A DNA stretch of 64,000 bases from Candidatus Yanofskybacteria bacterium CG10_big_fil_rev_8_21_14_0_10_36_16 (GTDB lineage: Bacteria; Patescibacteriota; Minisyncoccia; 2-02-FULL-40-12; IGHO2-01-FULL-4-A): contig PCXQ01000004.1 in the NCBI GenBank assembly GCA_002794035.1, positions 187,064-251,063 of the forward strand. Reading direction: 5' to 3'. This document shows positions 9,404 to 20,122 of this stretch, in pieces; within the stretch, counting starts at the first letter, position 1; each line of letters starts with the position of its first letter. Made by a program: the position numbers and the translations under genes. The notes under the pieces are model-generated. The model saw only the letters and a list, made by a program, of their open reading frames with translations. It was not told where the DNA came from and did no database searches.

Positions 9404-10024
9404 TTAAACCATACCGGATTTTACTCGCATTAGCGACACAAACGCTGACCTTTCCTGTTCGTTAAGCTTTGCAGTAATATATTTCATGGTTTCCTCAATA
9501 TTTGGGATCAGAACATGTTCCAAAGCATTAACTCTTCGGCGGGTTTTTTCTATTTCTTCTGCTAAAAGTTTTGCCGAGTGTTCGGTTTCAGCAAGTTCTA
9601 CCATATTTTTTAATGTTTTTGAAAATACTCTCAAAGCCCTGTCCATGCTAGAGCTGGTCGTAAATAAATCATAGGACAATATTTGTCCTTCTTCTTTATA
9701 TTCAAATTGGGGAACCTGAACACCCATAACATTTTTTGCCTCAGCTTTAAGACTTATTTTTTGACCCGGCGAATAAAAAGATTCTTTAATTACAGATCTT
9801 CTCATCTTGGCCGAGCTGAAAATAAACGAGAAAAACGCTAACCCTAAATCACTTTCAATCACCTCTCTCAAATCACGAGCTTTCTTAATTATGCTCATGA
9901 AGTGTTTCATCAAGCCATCGCGCTTCTCTTTAAGGAGCTTGTATCCCCTTCTGGCGGTTACCAACTTGGCCCTTAATTTTAAGAGCTCTTGGCGAGTAGG
10001 ATTTACATTTAGCTTGTTGGCCAT
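9404..10024 (-). CDS. ntpD: V/A-type ATP synthase subunit D
   Basis: NPTRQELLKL, GYKLLKEKRDGL, EIEKTRRRVNALE. Confidence 0.96.
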   Translation of the reverse strand: MANKLNVNPTRQELLKLRAKLVTARRGYKLLKEKRDGLMKHFMSIIKKARDLREVIESDLGLAFFSFIFSSAKMRRSVIKESFYSPGQKISLKAEAKNVMGVQVPQFEYKEEGQILSYDLFTTSSSMDRALRVFSKTLKNMVELAETEHSAKLLAEEIEKTRRRVNALEHVLIPNIEETMKYITAKLNEQERSAFVSLMRVKSGMV

Positions 10025-10040
10025 AATTTAAATTAGATAA

Positions 10041-11429
10041 TTAAATAATTTGTTTCATATACTTCTCAATATACTCTGGTTTCAACCTCTTAAGTTCTGA
10101 TTTGGGCAAGATAGATAAAAGCTTCCATCCTATGGTTAGTGTTTCTAAGATACTCCTGTCTTCATCAGCGCCTTGTCTTATAAATTGGTCTTCGAACGCT
10201 TCGGCAAATCTAGCGTATTTTTTATCTACATCAGATAAAGCTGCTTCTCCCAAAATTACAGCCAATTCCTTAGCTTCTTTTCCTGAGGCATAAGCAGCAA
10301 AAAGCTGGTTCAAAATACCCGAGTGGTCCTCTCTGGTTTTACCTTCTCCTATGCCTTTGTCCTTAAGTCTTGAAAGAGAAGGCAAAACATCAACAGGAGG
10401 ATAAATACCCTTTCTGTATAAATCACGGGACATCATTATCTGACCTTCCGTAATATACCCGGTCAAGTCAGGGATTGGATGGGTTTTGTCGTCTTCAGGC
10501 ATTGTTAAAACAGGGATTTGAGTAATAGAACCCGGTCTGCCCTTGATTCTTCCAGCTCTTTCATAAATAGTTGAAAGATCAGTATAAAGATAGCCGGGGT
10601 ATCCCCTTCTACCGGGTATTTCCTTTCTTGCTGCTGACACCTCTCTCAATGCCTCACAATAGTTTGTAAGATCAGTTAAAATAACTAAAACGTGCATACC
10701 TTTTTCATATGCGAGATATTCTGCAGCGGTAAGAGCTAAACGAGGTAAAGTTATTCTTTCAATTACGGGGTCATCAGCTAGGTTAACAAAAAGCGTTGAT
10801 CTTTCTATTGCTCCAGTCTGCCTAAATTGATTGATAAAATATTCGGACTCCTCAAATGTGATACCCATAGCTGCAAACACTACAGCAAAATCGCCCTCAC
10901 TCTTACCATCTACCCTTACTACCTTTGCCTGCCTAGCAATTTGAGCCACAACTTCAGAGTGCGGAAGTCCAGACCCAGAAAATATAGGTAATTTTTGCCC
11001 ACGAACCAGAGTATTCAAACCGTCTATTGTAGAGATACCAGTCTGAATAAAATCATTAGGGAAATCTCTTGAGTAAGGGTTCAAAGGAGAACCATTAATA
11101 TTAAGCTTCTTTGAAGCAATCGGCGCAGGCAATCCGTCTTTAGGACTACCAGCCCCATCAAACACCCTGCCCAACATATCATCTGATACTCCGAGCTCCA
11201 TTGGTTTGCCCGTAAACCTAACTTTTGCATTGTCTACAGCAAGCCCTCTTGATTCTTCAAATATCTGAACGACTGCTCTGTCTCCAGATACTTCAAGCAC
11301 GCGACCTCTTCTTTTAGAGCCATCAGTTAATTCAATTTCGGCCACCTCTTCATAGCCAACGCCCTCAACCCCCTCAACAACCATAAGAGGTCCTGCGATG
11401 TCACTTATTGTCTTGTAAAATTTTGTCAT
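10041..11429 (-). CDS. ntpB: V/A-type ATP synthase subunit B
   Basis: [40 protein letters not shown]. Confidence 0.97.
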   Translation of the reverse strand: MTKFYKTISDIAGPLMVVEGVEGVGYEEVAEIELTDGSKRRGRVLEVSGDRAVVQIFEESRGLAVDNAKVRFTGKPMELGVSDDMLGRVFDGAGSPKDGLPAPIASKKLNINGSPLNPYSRDFPNDFIQTGISTIDGLNTLVRGQKLPIFSGSGLPHSEVVAQIARQAKVVRVDGKSEGDFAVVFAAMGITFEESEYFINQFRQTGAIERSTLFVNLADDPVIERITLPRLALTAAEYLAYEKGMHVLVILTDLTNYCEALREVSAARKEIPGRRGYPGYLYTDLSTIYERAGRIKGRPGSITQIPVLTMPEDDKTHPIPDLTGYITEGQIMMSRDLYRKGIYPPVDVLPSLSRLKDKGIGEGKTREDHSGILNQLFAAYASGKEAKELAVILGEAALSDVDKKYARFAEAFEDQFIRQGADEDRSILETLTIGWKLLSILPKSELKRLKPEYIEKYMKQII

Positions 11430-11445
11430 ATTACTTTATATTAAA

Positions 11446-13188
11446 TTAATTTTTAAAATTAAAACCATTAGACATATTTTTAATAAGTTCTTCTAGCTCT
11501 CCGAGTTTTTCTTCCGGCACAAACTTAGCTCTAGCAATTTTTTCCTTTAGATCTGTTGGAATTTCTTTCAAATTAACCCCTTTATCAAGAGCTCCTTCGG
11601 ACAGTCTGTGCATAGTTATTATCGCCTTTAAAAGCAAGTACATTTTTCTAACTGAACTATAAGTATCAACATCATCAAAAGCGTTCTGCTGTAAAAAGTC
11701 CTCTCTTATTGATTTTGCAGTCTCAAGAGTTAACTGCTCTTTTTCCGACAATGCCTCAATACCTACCAAGCGAACAATTTCCTGAAGCTTAGACTCTTCT
11801 TGCAATATTTCCATTGCTTTAATTCTTACATCACGCCAATCATCACCGGCGTTTTGAACCATGAATTTTCCTATCTCATCTAAATATAAAGAGTAACTGT
11901 TTAGCCAGTTAATTGCCGGGAAGTGCCTGCGGTATGCAAGCTGTGCTTCTAATCCCCAAAAAACCTTAACGACTCGCAAGGTGTTTTGGGTTACCGGCTC
12001 AGACAAGTCGCCACCCGGAGGAGATACAGCACCAATAACTGTAAGAGAACCGGTTCTATCCTCAGTGCCTAGACACCTAACATAACCAGCTCTTTCATAA
12101 AAACTTGCTGTCCTTGAACCCAGATAAGCAGGATACCCTTCTTCACCAGGCATTTCTTCCAGCCTTCCTGACATTTCACGAAGTGCTTCAGCCCAGCGAG
12201 ATGTAGAATCAGCCATCAAAGCCACATTGTAACCCATGTCTCTAAAGTATTCAGCAATTGTAATACCTGTATAAACAGATGCTTCACGAGCAGCAACGGG
12301 CATGTTTGATGTGTTGGCTATCAAAATAGTTCGTTCCATCAATGGTCTTCCGGTTTTTGGATCCTTAAGTTCGGGAAATTCCAACAAAACATCTGTCATT
12401 TCATTCCCTCTTTCACCACATCCTATAAAAACAATAATGTCGGCATCTGACCACTTGGCCAGCTGGTGTTGAACAACAGTTTTACCGGAACCAAACGGAC
12501 CGGGCACACAAGCTGTGCCTCCTTTTGCCACAGGGAAAAATGCATCTATAACCCTTTGGCCTGAGATTAACGGCTCAACCGAAACCAGCTTTTCTTTAAC
12601 AGGTCTTGGCTCTCTAATTGGCCAAACCTGCATCATTGAAATCTCCTTACCGCCTACAACCGCTATGGGTTCGGTTACTGTAAAACTGCCCGATTCAATT
12701 TTTTCTACTTTTCCAAAAATACCGGGAGGAATCATTATCTGGTGCTTAAACAAATCAGTCTCCTGAACTTCACCAAGAGGATCTCCGGGTGAAACAATAT
12801 CTCCGGATGAAACAACAGATTTAAACTGCCACTTCTTTCCGCGATCAAGTGCGGGAACCTCTACTCCTCTTTCAATAAATGGAGAGTTGCTTGATTCAGC
12901 AATTCCCGGAAGCGGACGCTGAACACCATCATATATGCTTCCCAAAAGACCGGGACCCAACTCCACCGAAAGAGGCATGCCGGTTGTGCTAACCGGATCA
13001 CCAGGCATCAAACCTGCAGTATCCTCATAAACCTGAATTGATGCCACATCGCCATGAAGTTCAATTATTTCACCAACTAATCTTTTATCGGATACCTTAA
13101 CAACATCATAAAGCTTAGCATTTTCCATGCCTGAAGCCTCTACAAGCGGACCTGAAACTTTTTTGATTGTACCTGTTTTTGTATTCAT
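11446..13188 (-). CDS. ntpA: V/A-type ATP synthase catalytic subunit A
   Basis: P-loop [29 protein letters not shown]; no intein. Confidence 0.97.
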   Translation of the reverse strand: MNTKTGTIKKVSGPLVEASGMENAKLYDVVKVSDKRLVGEIIELHGDVASIQVYEDTAGLMPGDPVSTTGMPLSVELGPGLLGSIYDGVQRPLPGIAESSNSPFIERGVEVPALDRGKKWQFKSVVSSGDIVSPGDPLGEVQETDLFKHQIMIPPGIFGKVEKIESGSFTVTEPIAVVGGKEISMMQVWPIREPRPVKEKLVSVEPLISGQRVIDAFFPVAKGGTACVPGPFGSGKTVVQHQLAKWSDADIIVFIGCGERGNEMTDVLLEFPELKDPKTGRPLMERTILIANTSNMPVAAREASVYTGITIAEYFRDMGYNVALMADSTSRWAEALREMSGRLEEMPGEEGYPAYLGSRTASFYERAGYVRCLGTEDRTGSLTVIGAVSPPGGDLSEPVTQNTLRVVKVFWGLEAQLAYRRHFPAINWLNSYSLYLDEIGKFMVQNAGDDWRDVRIKAMEILQEESKLQEIVRLVGIEALSEKEQLTLETAKSIREDFLQQNAFDDVDTYSSVRKMYLLLKAIITMHRLSEGALDKGVNLKEIPTDLKEKIARAKFVPEEKLGELEELIKNMSNGFNFKN

Positions 13189-13216
13189 ATTAATTATTTT
13201 AATTATTAATTAATTA

Positions 13217-13537
13217 TTAATTTGATAAAATGTCCGACCCTACTGCTTTTTCTACTATCTTTTTTATATTTGCCAAACCGGCACCTGTTGAACCCTTGTG
13301 GGATGGAACAGCAATCAATGCCGGCAAGGCTCTTTTTGATAGCTCGCTAACAGCGCCTGATAGTTTGACATACCAGTCCTCGGTAATAAATATCACTCCG
13401 TAATTTCCACTATCGCAAAGCTTAATAAGTTCTTCCAGTGTTTTTTCAATAGTTTCCGCAGGGACGACATCTAAACCTAGGGCTTTAAACCCTATTACTG
13501 CTTCACCTGATCCAATTATTGCTATTTTATAATCCAT
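13217..13537 (-). CDS. ntpF: V/A-type ATP synthase subunit F
   Basis: KIAIIG..E.VIGFKALG...IVEKAVG.DI; operon position. Confidence 0.92.
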   Translation of the reverse strand: MDYKIAIIGSGEAVIGFKALGLDVVPAETIEKTLEELIKLCDSGNYGVIFITEDWYVKLSGAVSELSKRALPALIAVPSHKGSTGAGLANIKKIVEKAVGSDILSN

Positions 13538-13549
13538 GGTAATGTTAGG

Positions 13550-14542
13550 TTATATAGCCCTTAGTGTTCTCTTTATCTCGCCTGAATCAATTTCATTCAT
13601 TTTGCCTGCCATTATCAAACGAATATTGATAACAGCAGAATGTTTCCTCTGGAAATATGAATAAACTTGTTCCGGTCCATAACTTAAATATCGCGCTTGA
13701 TTAATATATGAAATAAAATAATTATCTAAATCACGTTCAAACTCAAATAAATTTTTGTTTTCTAAATACTCGCGCAACGATTCTTTAACTTCATTGCTCT
13801 CATAACTTGCCAAAAAATTTGTGACACCGTCTTCCCCGCTCTCATAGGCAGTCATCAACTCACCAACGCTCCAAAAAGAATTATCACTCAACATTTTTTT
13901 AAATTCATTAGCCGGCAATTCAAATCTAAGAGCTCTCATAAAAGCAATCACTGTCGCATTACTTATTTTAATTTGAATAGATCTTTTAATAAATTCATTG
14001 CCCAAATTGTCGGCAATTTCATATTGCATTTGATACATGGCTTTAGTAACAGCAACATCTACTATCCAGGGCGCGCCAGAATTTGCTTCAACTTCTTTTT
14101 CTACAGCCACAATCAAATCTTTAAATTTTTCATCAAGGAACATAGACTTCCTTTCATTCATATAAGACTTAATGTCTTCCGGCGGGTAAACAGTCTCTCC
14201 TTCAAAACTTTCAACCTCTTTTACGCCTAAATATTTTTCTTTAAGCAAAAGACGCAAATTCAGAAAATCCCTCTCAATAAACAACAACCGAAAAAGGTCA
14301 TAATCTGGAATATCGCGTTTTAAAAATTCATAAAGCTCTGTAAAATCTTTCCTCATAGCATCTCTGTATTGTGCTGGCTCAAGATCTAATAAATTATCCG
14401 CGTAATCTGTATCATTTAAAACTCTGTAAGCATCATCAAAAGAAGGAGCATCAACCATGCGTTCTATATCTGTGTGATCGAGCATCTTTGACTCACGAGA
14501 CCAGACAAGAGAGCTAATTGTAATATATTTATCAGAATTCAA
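13550..14542 (-). CDS. ntpC: V/A-type ATP synthase subunit C
   Basis: ESKMLD...ERMVDA...L..TDY, D..NL..LL, FERDLDNY..GPE..NIRLI..GK. Confidence 0.9.
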   Translation of the reverse strand: MNSDKYITISSLVWSRESKMLDHTDIERMVDAPSFDDAYRVLNDTDYADNLLDLEPAQYRDAMRKDFTELYEFLKRDIPDYDLFRLLFIERDFLNLRLLLKEKYLGVKEVESFEGETVYPPEDIKSYMNERKSMFLDEKFKDLIVAVEKEVEANSGAPWIVDVAVTKAMYQMQYEIADNLGNEFIKRSIQIKISNATVIAFMRALRFELPANEFKKMLSDNSFWSVGELMTAYESGEDGVTNFLASYESNEVKESLREYLENKNLFEFERDLDNYFISYINQARYLSYGPEQVYSYFQRKHSAVINIRLIMAGKMNEIDSGEIKRTLRAI

Positions 14543-14563
14543 TTTATTGTTTATGAATTGTTA

Positions 14564-15133
14564 TTAATTATTTTTAAAAATATTTTCTGCTATTTCTTCT
14601 TTCATTTTTTCGCTAGCGCTTACTACCAATGCCTTATATGTCATATCAACCTCAATCCTATCCGTCCTGTAAACAAACCCGCCTGAAACACCCAAGATTT
14701 CATTGGAAATTTTGTCGTTTCGACCGCTCTTGCCAAGGGCTTTCTCGAGTATATTCTTGTTGTTGCCTGCACCAAACAATATACCTTCCGTTTTGGGCAG
14801 TTTCTTTAATGCTTCAGCCAAAAGCCCAACCTGTTTTTCTTCACTCATTTCTGACAAAAGATTCTCTGCTTTGTTAAAGACATCATTTAAGACTTTAACT
14901 TTTTTATCAAGAATCTTTGCAGAACCTTTTAGCTTAAAATTAAATAAAGCACTTTGTGTTTTACTTATAAGTTCCCTTCGTTTCTTTTCCAAAAGTTCTT
15001 TTCTGCGATTGCCTGTTTTGATATCCCACTCCGAAACTAGCGCTTCATATTTTTTAGCGTACTCTCCTTTTATTTCATCCGCCTTTGCCTCGGCGTCAGA
15101 TTTAATAGATTTTAATATATCAGATAAAGCCAA
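14564..15133 (-). CDS. ntpE: V/A-type ATP synthase subunit E
   Basis: N-terminal coiled coil (LSDILKSIKSDAEAKA), SGGF...IEVD; operon position. Confidence 0.88.
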   Translation of the reverse strand: MALSDILKSIKSDAEAKADEIKGEYAKKYEALVSEWDIKTGNRRKELLEKKRRELISKTQSALFNFKLKGSAKILDKKVKVLNDVFNKAENLLSEMSEEKQVGLLAEALKKLPKTEGILFGAGNNKNILEKALGKSGRNDKISNEILGVSGGFVYRTDRIEVDMTYKALVVSASEKMKEEIAENIFKNN

Positions 15134-15226
15134 GTTTTAATTAAACATTTAACCATTTCGACATTTAAGCAAGCTGAATTTATGCCAATTGTTTTTATGT
15201 TTAGATGTTTAGATATTTATGTAATA

Positions 15227-15700
15227 CTAAACTGTTATACCAAATATCAAAAGAATGCTGATAAGCAACCCTAACACAGCGTATGTCTCTACCATAGCAG
15301 AAAGAATAATTGCCTTACCCATGGCCTTTGGCTGTGTTGCCACTATTTTCATGCCTGAAGCAGATACCTTTCCTTGGTACCAACCTGAAGAAAAACCAGC
15401 GATAGCAATGGGCAAAGATGCGAAAAGCAAGCTCAAGCCATTACTCATTGTCAGTGCGACAATCTCTCCTCCAAACAGCCCGATTTTCTGTAATATTAAA
15501 AATGCTACCAAAAAACCGTAAATACCCTGTGTGGCTGGAAGGGCCTCAAGGACCAAAACCTTCCCGAACTTATCGGGGTCTTCTGATATAACGCCAGCGC
15601 CGGCCTGACCAGCAGCACTAACGCCGAGAACCGAACCAGCACCAGCAAAACCAACTGCCAATCCTGCTCCCAAAATAGCCAATGAAATTCCTAATTCCAT
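15227..15700 (-). CDS. ntpK: V/A-type ATP synthase subunit K (4-TM proteolipid, Na+-type)
   Basis: LPATQGIYG, YQGKV and MVETYA match the Enterococcus hirae NtpK Na+ site. Confidence 0.95.
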   Translation of the reverse strand: MELGISLAILGAGLAVGFAGAGSVLGVSAAGQAGAGVISEDPDKFGKVLVLEALPATQGIYGFLVAFLILQKIGLFGGEIVALTMSNGLSLLFASLPIAIAGFSSGWYQGKVSASGMKIVATQPKAMGKAIILSAMVETYAVLGLLISILLIFGITV

Positions 15701-15807
15701 AATTAATTAAACTTACAATATACAACCTACAAATCACAAAGAGTCTTGAAATTTGTGAGTTGAAATTTGTGAGTTATTTTTGTTAAATTTTATTTTTAAA
15801 AACTAAA

Positions 15808-17760
15808 TTATTTTTCGTTAAATTGTATATATTTGCTTTCCATCTTCATGGGCTGAAATGCCCTTCCTCCACCTTCCATAAATTTTGGGAAAAACTCTAT
15901 ATACTGTAAACGTCCTGAATGAATAAATGCGCCCAAAGCGTTAATGCCGATATTAAACACATGCCCACCAATCAAAACCAAAAGACCGGCCAGCCAGCCA
16001 ACAAAAGGCATCTCCATCGCAAGCCCAGCAACAATATTTACTACCATACCGATAATGCTCGTGGTTAATCCTAGTGCGAGCAAACGTGAATAAGACAAAA
16101 CATCTGAAAAATATCCGACAACATCATAAAGCCCTAAAACTCCAATTGGCAATCCCAGCAATTTGTTTTTCTCGGCCATCCATTTTGATACCACAATTCC
16201 AACAGCTATCAAAAGTGTCAGATACTTAAATGGCACAGCAAGAGCTACTGGCAAAAGCCCTCCTGAAGAGGCGGCAAAAACCAAAAGTGAAATAAGCCCA
16301 ATCAGCCACAAACCGCTTCCCAACAAAGCACTCTTAATCTTTCCTTTTTTTATCTGCCACCATGTATTAATACCGAGGCCGAACAATACCTGAATTATTC
16401 CTAAAACCAAAGAAAGATAAAGTATGGCAATCGGATTTTCAAGAGGATTTAATATTTGCATTGATTCAAGTGGACCTCTGAGGAACCCTGGCATCTTCGA
16501 AAGTTCAACACCGAACCATCCGCCAAATACAGCGCCCAAAACAACCGATGCAATACCTCCCCAAAACACCACTCCGAATAATCCTCTGTCTTCTTTTGGA
16601 ATTTTAAATATTTTTACCGCAAGATATGAGATTAAAGCCAAAACAATACCATACCCAGCATCAGTAATAGCTAAACCAAAAAACAAAGTGAAAAATGGAG
16701 CCAAGAAGGGTGTTGGGTCTGGCTCTGAAGGCTGAGGCATGCCATACAAACTAGTAACAGACTCGAAAGGCTTACTCCAAGTATTTTTAAACTTAACAGG
16801 AGGAACCTCTTCATCATTGGCCCCTATCTCTTCTATGTGATACAGCGTTGTAATTTGAGCCAAAGACACATTGAGCTCATCAATATTTTCCTTATCTATC
16901 CAACCATAAATTGTGAAAGTAGAATTTGTTTTACCTTCTTTCTGCTCGTTTTCAGCTCTCATCTTTTGCCAACTCAAAAAATCATGAACAATTTTAAGTT
17001 CTCTTTCGTGTCTAGAAAGCTTGCCCGCTTCTTTTTTCAAATCATTAAGCTCTGTTGAAGATTCTTTGATTTTATTATTTAAATTTTCAACATATTCAGA
17101 AACACCCATATCAAGCTTGGGTAACTCCATCTCCCTTACCTGCATTGTCTCAAATAAAGCCTTTAACTTATCTTCATCTTCTTCCTTGTGAATTACATAA
17201 CTGTATAATTCTTGGTTTTCGATATTAGTTTTTTCAAAGGCAGAAAAAGGTAAATCTCTTGAAATATTGTCCGAAAATTCATCAACGCTTTTTTCAGACA
17301 ATAAAATAAAAGATATCTTATATCCAGCAGGCAACTCTTTGCCCGGTATTATATTAAGACTGTGCCATGGCCTTAATATATTGATTTCTGAATTGTTTTT
17401 GTCTATTAAATTAACTCTCTTGTTGATTTGTTCCTCTAAATCCTTTGATTCCTTCACAACCGTCTGATAATCAAAACTTTCTGCTGTTTTAATGGCATCC
17501 TTACGGCTAATAAAAATTCCACTTTCGAGGAATTTTTTAATACCTTTCTGGGGTGGTTTATAAAGCGCAATGAAATCTAGAGCAAATCTTAACTCAGCAA
17601 TGTTGTAATCTAAACCAGAAACAATATGGCTTCGGATTTCCTCTCCCCCATCTTTCTCACTCTCTATCTGAACAACCTCAAGTTCCTGAATTTTTTTCAG
17701 TATTTCATCGTGTTCCTTTTCAAGGGCGGTAATTTTTATTTTTACAATATCAGCAAGCAC
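15808..17760 (-). CDS. ntpI: V/A-type ATP synthase subunit I
   Basis: DPTPFLAPFF..FFG...DAGYG, SDVLSYSRLLALGL, IHSGRLQYIEFF. Confidence 0.96.
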   Translation of the reverse strand: MLADIVKIKITALEKEHDEILKKIQELEVVQIESEKDGGEEIRSHIVSGLDYNIAELRFALDFIALYKPPQKGIKKFLESGIFISRKDAIKTAESFDYQTVVKESKDLEEQINKRVNLIDKNNSEINILRPWHSLNIIPGKELPAGYKISFILLSEKSVDEFSDNISRDLPFSAFEKTNIENQELYSYVIHKEEDEDKLKALFETMQVREMELPKLDMGVSEYVENLNNKIKESSTELNDLKKEAGKLSRHERELKIVHDFLSWQKMRAENEQKEGKTNSTFTIYGWIDKENIDELNVSLAQITTLYHIEEIGANDEEVPPVKFKNTWSKPFESVTSLYGMPQPSEPDPTPFLAPFFTLFFGLAITDAGYGIVLALISYLAVKIFKIPKEDRGLFGVVFWGGIASVVLGAVFGGWFGVELSKMPGFLRGPLESMQILNPLENPIAILYLSLVLGIIQVLFGLGINTWWQIKKGKIKSALLGSGLWLIGLISLLVFAASSGGLLPVALAVPFKYLTLLIAVGIVVSKWMAEKNKLLGLPIGVLGLYDVVGYFSDVLSYSRLLALGLTTSIIGMVVNIVAGLAMEMPFVGWLAGLLVLIGGHVFNIGINALGAFIHSGRLQYIEFFPKFMEGGGRAFQPMKMESKYIQFNEK

Positions 17761-17843
17761 AGAACAAATTTTTAATTTCTAATTTATAATTTTTAAAAAA
17801 ATAATCTACAATATTTAAAAATTGAAAATTTAAAATTATAAAA

Positions 17844-18188
17844 TTAAAAGTCTTTAAGTTCGGTAATTTTTTTAACAACAAAATTGGCCATTTTATTAAT
17901 TCTGTCGTCTCCTATTTTATCCAGCTCTTCCAGCTTTGATTTTGTTTCACTTTCTTGATTTTCCTCCGCTTTCTTTATGTGTGCACTTGCCTTATCTTCC
18001 ATTTCTTTAATCTCGTTTTTTATTGATTCGACAGCGTTTTCATATCTGGCCTGACCTTCTTTTATTGCTTTTTCAAGTCTTCCTTCTTCGTTTTCCTGGG
18101 TTTCTTTAATTAAAAGTTCTGCTTCTTTTTCAGCTTCAATTATTTCTTCTGCTGGGTTATTTTTGTTTTTAGTCATGTTTTTTATCAA
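17844..18188 (-). CDS. V/A-type ATP synthase peripheral stalk subunit G/H
   Basis: Highly charged coiled coil (IIEAEKEAE); first gene of the operon. Confidence 0.75.
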   Translation of the reverse strand: MIKNMTKNKNNPAEEIIEAEKEAELLIKETQENEEGRLEKAIKEGQARYENAVESIKNEIKEMEDKASAHIKKAEENQESETKSKLEELDKIGDDRINKMANFVVKKITELKDF

Positions 18189-18301
18189 TACCCAAGATTA
18201 AAAAAATAAATTTGGGTATAAAATTACGATCAACATTTATAAGCTCAAAATCATATTATAATACACAAATAAACTAGGCGTGTCAAACATAATTATTGGA
18301 T

Positions 18302-18518
18302 AACCCCGTCCTTAATTTTGCAAAAAACAAGACAAAGACAACACACTCCCTCGCCAAAACTCGGTCGGGACTATTCGCCCACTGCGTCGCAATTGTTGTT
18401 TAAAATCAAAATATAAATTTATATCAAATAACTATTTTTAAAGGCAAAATTAAGGAGGGGTTGTTATTTAAATCAAATACTCAGCTCGTTCCACTCGATT
18501 GTGCTTTGGTAAAATAAC
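18302..18518. repeat. Inverted-repeat-bounded structured element upstream of the V-ATPase operon
   Basis: AACCCCGTCCTTAATTTTGC (18302-18321) / GCAAAATTAAGGAGGGGTT (18444-18462), followed by a GTTATTT..AAATAAC hairpin. Confidence 0.6.
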
Positions 18519-18560
18519 AAAAAGAACGAAGCAAACTTCGTTCTGTATAACAAAAAAAAA

Positions 18561-18716
18561 CTATTTCCGGAATCTTTCAATAAATAATATCTTTAAAATC
18601 CCGAGTGGTACAGAAGTCTTTTCATTTTTTACCGAGATAATCAAAGCCTTGGCATCTTTAGGCCTGAGTTGTAATAGTTGTAATAATAGAAACGGTTTTT
18701 TCATAATTCCTTTCAT
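18561..18716 (-). CDS. Putative 51-aa small protein
   Basis: ATG with upstream GGAG, TTGACC...TAGTAT promoter, downstream AGAACGAAG/CTTCGTTCT hairpin. Confidence 0.4.
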   Translation of the reverse strand: MKGIMKKPFLLLQLLQLRPKDAKALIISVKNEKTSVPLGILKILFIERFRK

Positions 18717-18893
18717 CCTTCACTCCCAATAAAAAACAAAAGCGCAACTTAATGTCCTTAATTTACTTATATATTAATACTAACAAACCACTGGGTCAAC
18801 AAAATATCCTTAACTTTCTTCATGAATTGTTTATTTTATACCTTTAAAATAGTAAAATAACAGTATAAGTAATTAACAAAGTACGTGCCGTAA

Positions 18894-20003
18894 ATGTACG
18901 ACAACTGCTTTAAAAAAATGAATAAATTTTATAAGTACTTCGCTTTTACCTCTCTCCTCTTTTTGGTGCCCTTTGTGGTATTTGGCGCAGAGTTTGTGTT
19001 TGGTAAAAGCACAGGAGTATCAAAAGGCGTTGTGGTTGACAATGACCTTTACTCAGCTGGCAGCACTATGGTTATCTCTGGAGACGTTTTAGGAGATGCC
19101 TATATCGCCGGAGGAAATATAATAGTAGACGGCTTTATATCAGAAGATCTTGTAGGAGTCGGAGGTAATGTAACGATAACCGGGAACATAGGAGACGACA
19201 TAAGAATGGCCGCCGGAACATTGATTGTCCGCGGTAGTGTAGGTGGAGATATGATAGCCGGAGCCGGAAATATTGATGTTGAGACATCTGTTGAAGGTGA
19301 CATTAGAATAGCAGCGGGAGAAGTTTATCTAAACGGACCCGTAACTGGCAGAGCAAGAATAGATGCCGACAAAGTTACCATAGGTAGAAATGCAGTAATA
19401 ACAGGTGAGGTCGTATATCACGCTTCACAAGAAGCAATTGTAGAAAATGGCGCTGATATTTCAGGTACGCTAACTTATGAACCAATAGGGATCAAAGATA
19501 GCCGAGATAAACTAAACGAAAAAGCTAGGGCGTTTTTCGCATTCTTCACTATAACCAAATTCTTAATGATTTTAGCCGGAGCATTGATTTTAGGATTAAT
19601 GTTTAAGAAATACATGGTTGAACTAGTAGAAAGAGTTTATGACAAAACACTTGTTGAGATCGGAAGAGGTTTTGCCTTCATGATTCTTGCACCAGTTATT
19701 TCCATTATACTTCTTGTTACTGTTATAGGTGCGCCAATTGGATTTCTAGGACTTATAGGAATTTTGGGACTAATGATATTTACCTGCCTCATGGCTCCTG
19801 TAGTTCTGGGCAGTATTCTTTACAAGTGGTTATCCAAAGGCAAGGTAAAGGTTGATTGGAAAACAATATTGCTGGGAGTTACTGTGTTCTCCCTACTCTC
19901 CTTTATCCCTATTATAGGATGGATTATCCAATTAATAGTAGCCATCGCCACAACAGGCGCTATTGTCTACACCAAGTGGCAATTAGTAAAAAACTGGAGA
20001 TAA
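18894..20003 (+). CDS. Bactofilin-like beta-solenoid repeat protein with a multi-TM C-terminal domain
   Basis: Repeated G.V.GD...AGG.I.I units followed by about 5 TM helices. Confidence 0.8.
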   Translation: MYDNCFKKMNKFYKYFAFTSLLFLVPFVVFGAEFVFGKSTGVSKGVVVDNDLYSAGSTMVISGDVLGDAYIAGGNIIVDGFISEDLVGVGGNVTITGNIGDDIRMAAGTLIVRGSVGGDMIAGAGNIDVETSVEGDIRIAAGEVYLNGPVTGRARIDADKVTIGRNAVITGEVVYHASQEAIVENGADISGTLTYEPIGIKDSRDKLNEKARAFFAFFTITKFLMILAGALILGLMFKKYMVELVERVYDKTLVEIGRGFAFMILAPVISIILLVTVIGAPIGFLGLIGILGLMIFTCLMAPVVLGSILYKWLSKGKVKVDWKTILLGVTVFSLLSFIPIIGWIIQLIVAIATTGAIVYTKWQLVKNWR

Positions 20004-20122
20004 AAACAAAACCAACCGAGCAAAAAAAACCCCGCTATAGCGGGGTTTTTAAGATACAAAACAGCCTCAAAGACATTTTCTCTTACAGGCATCCTTTATA
20101 TTAGAATGACTGTTGAGTTGAT

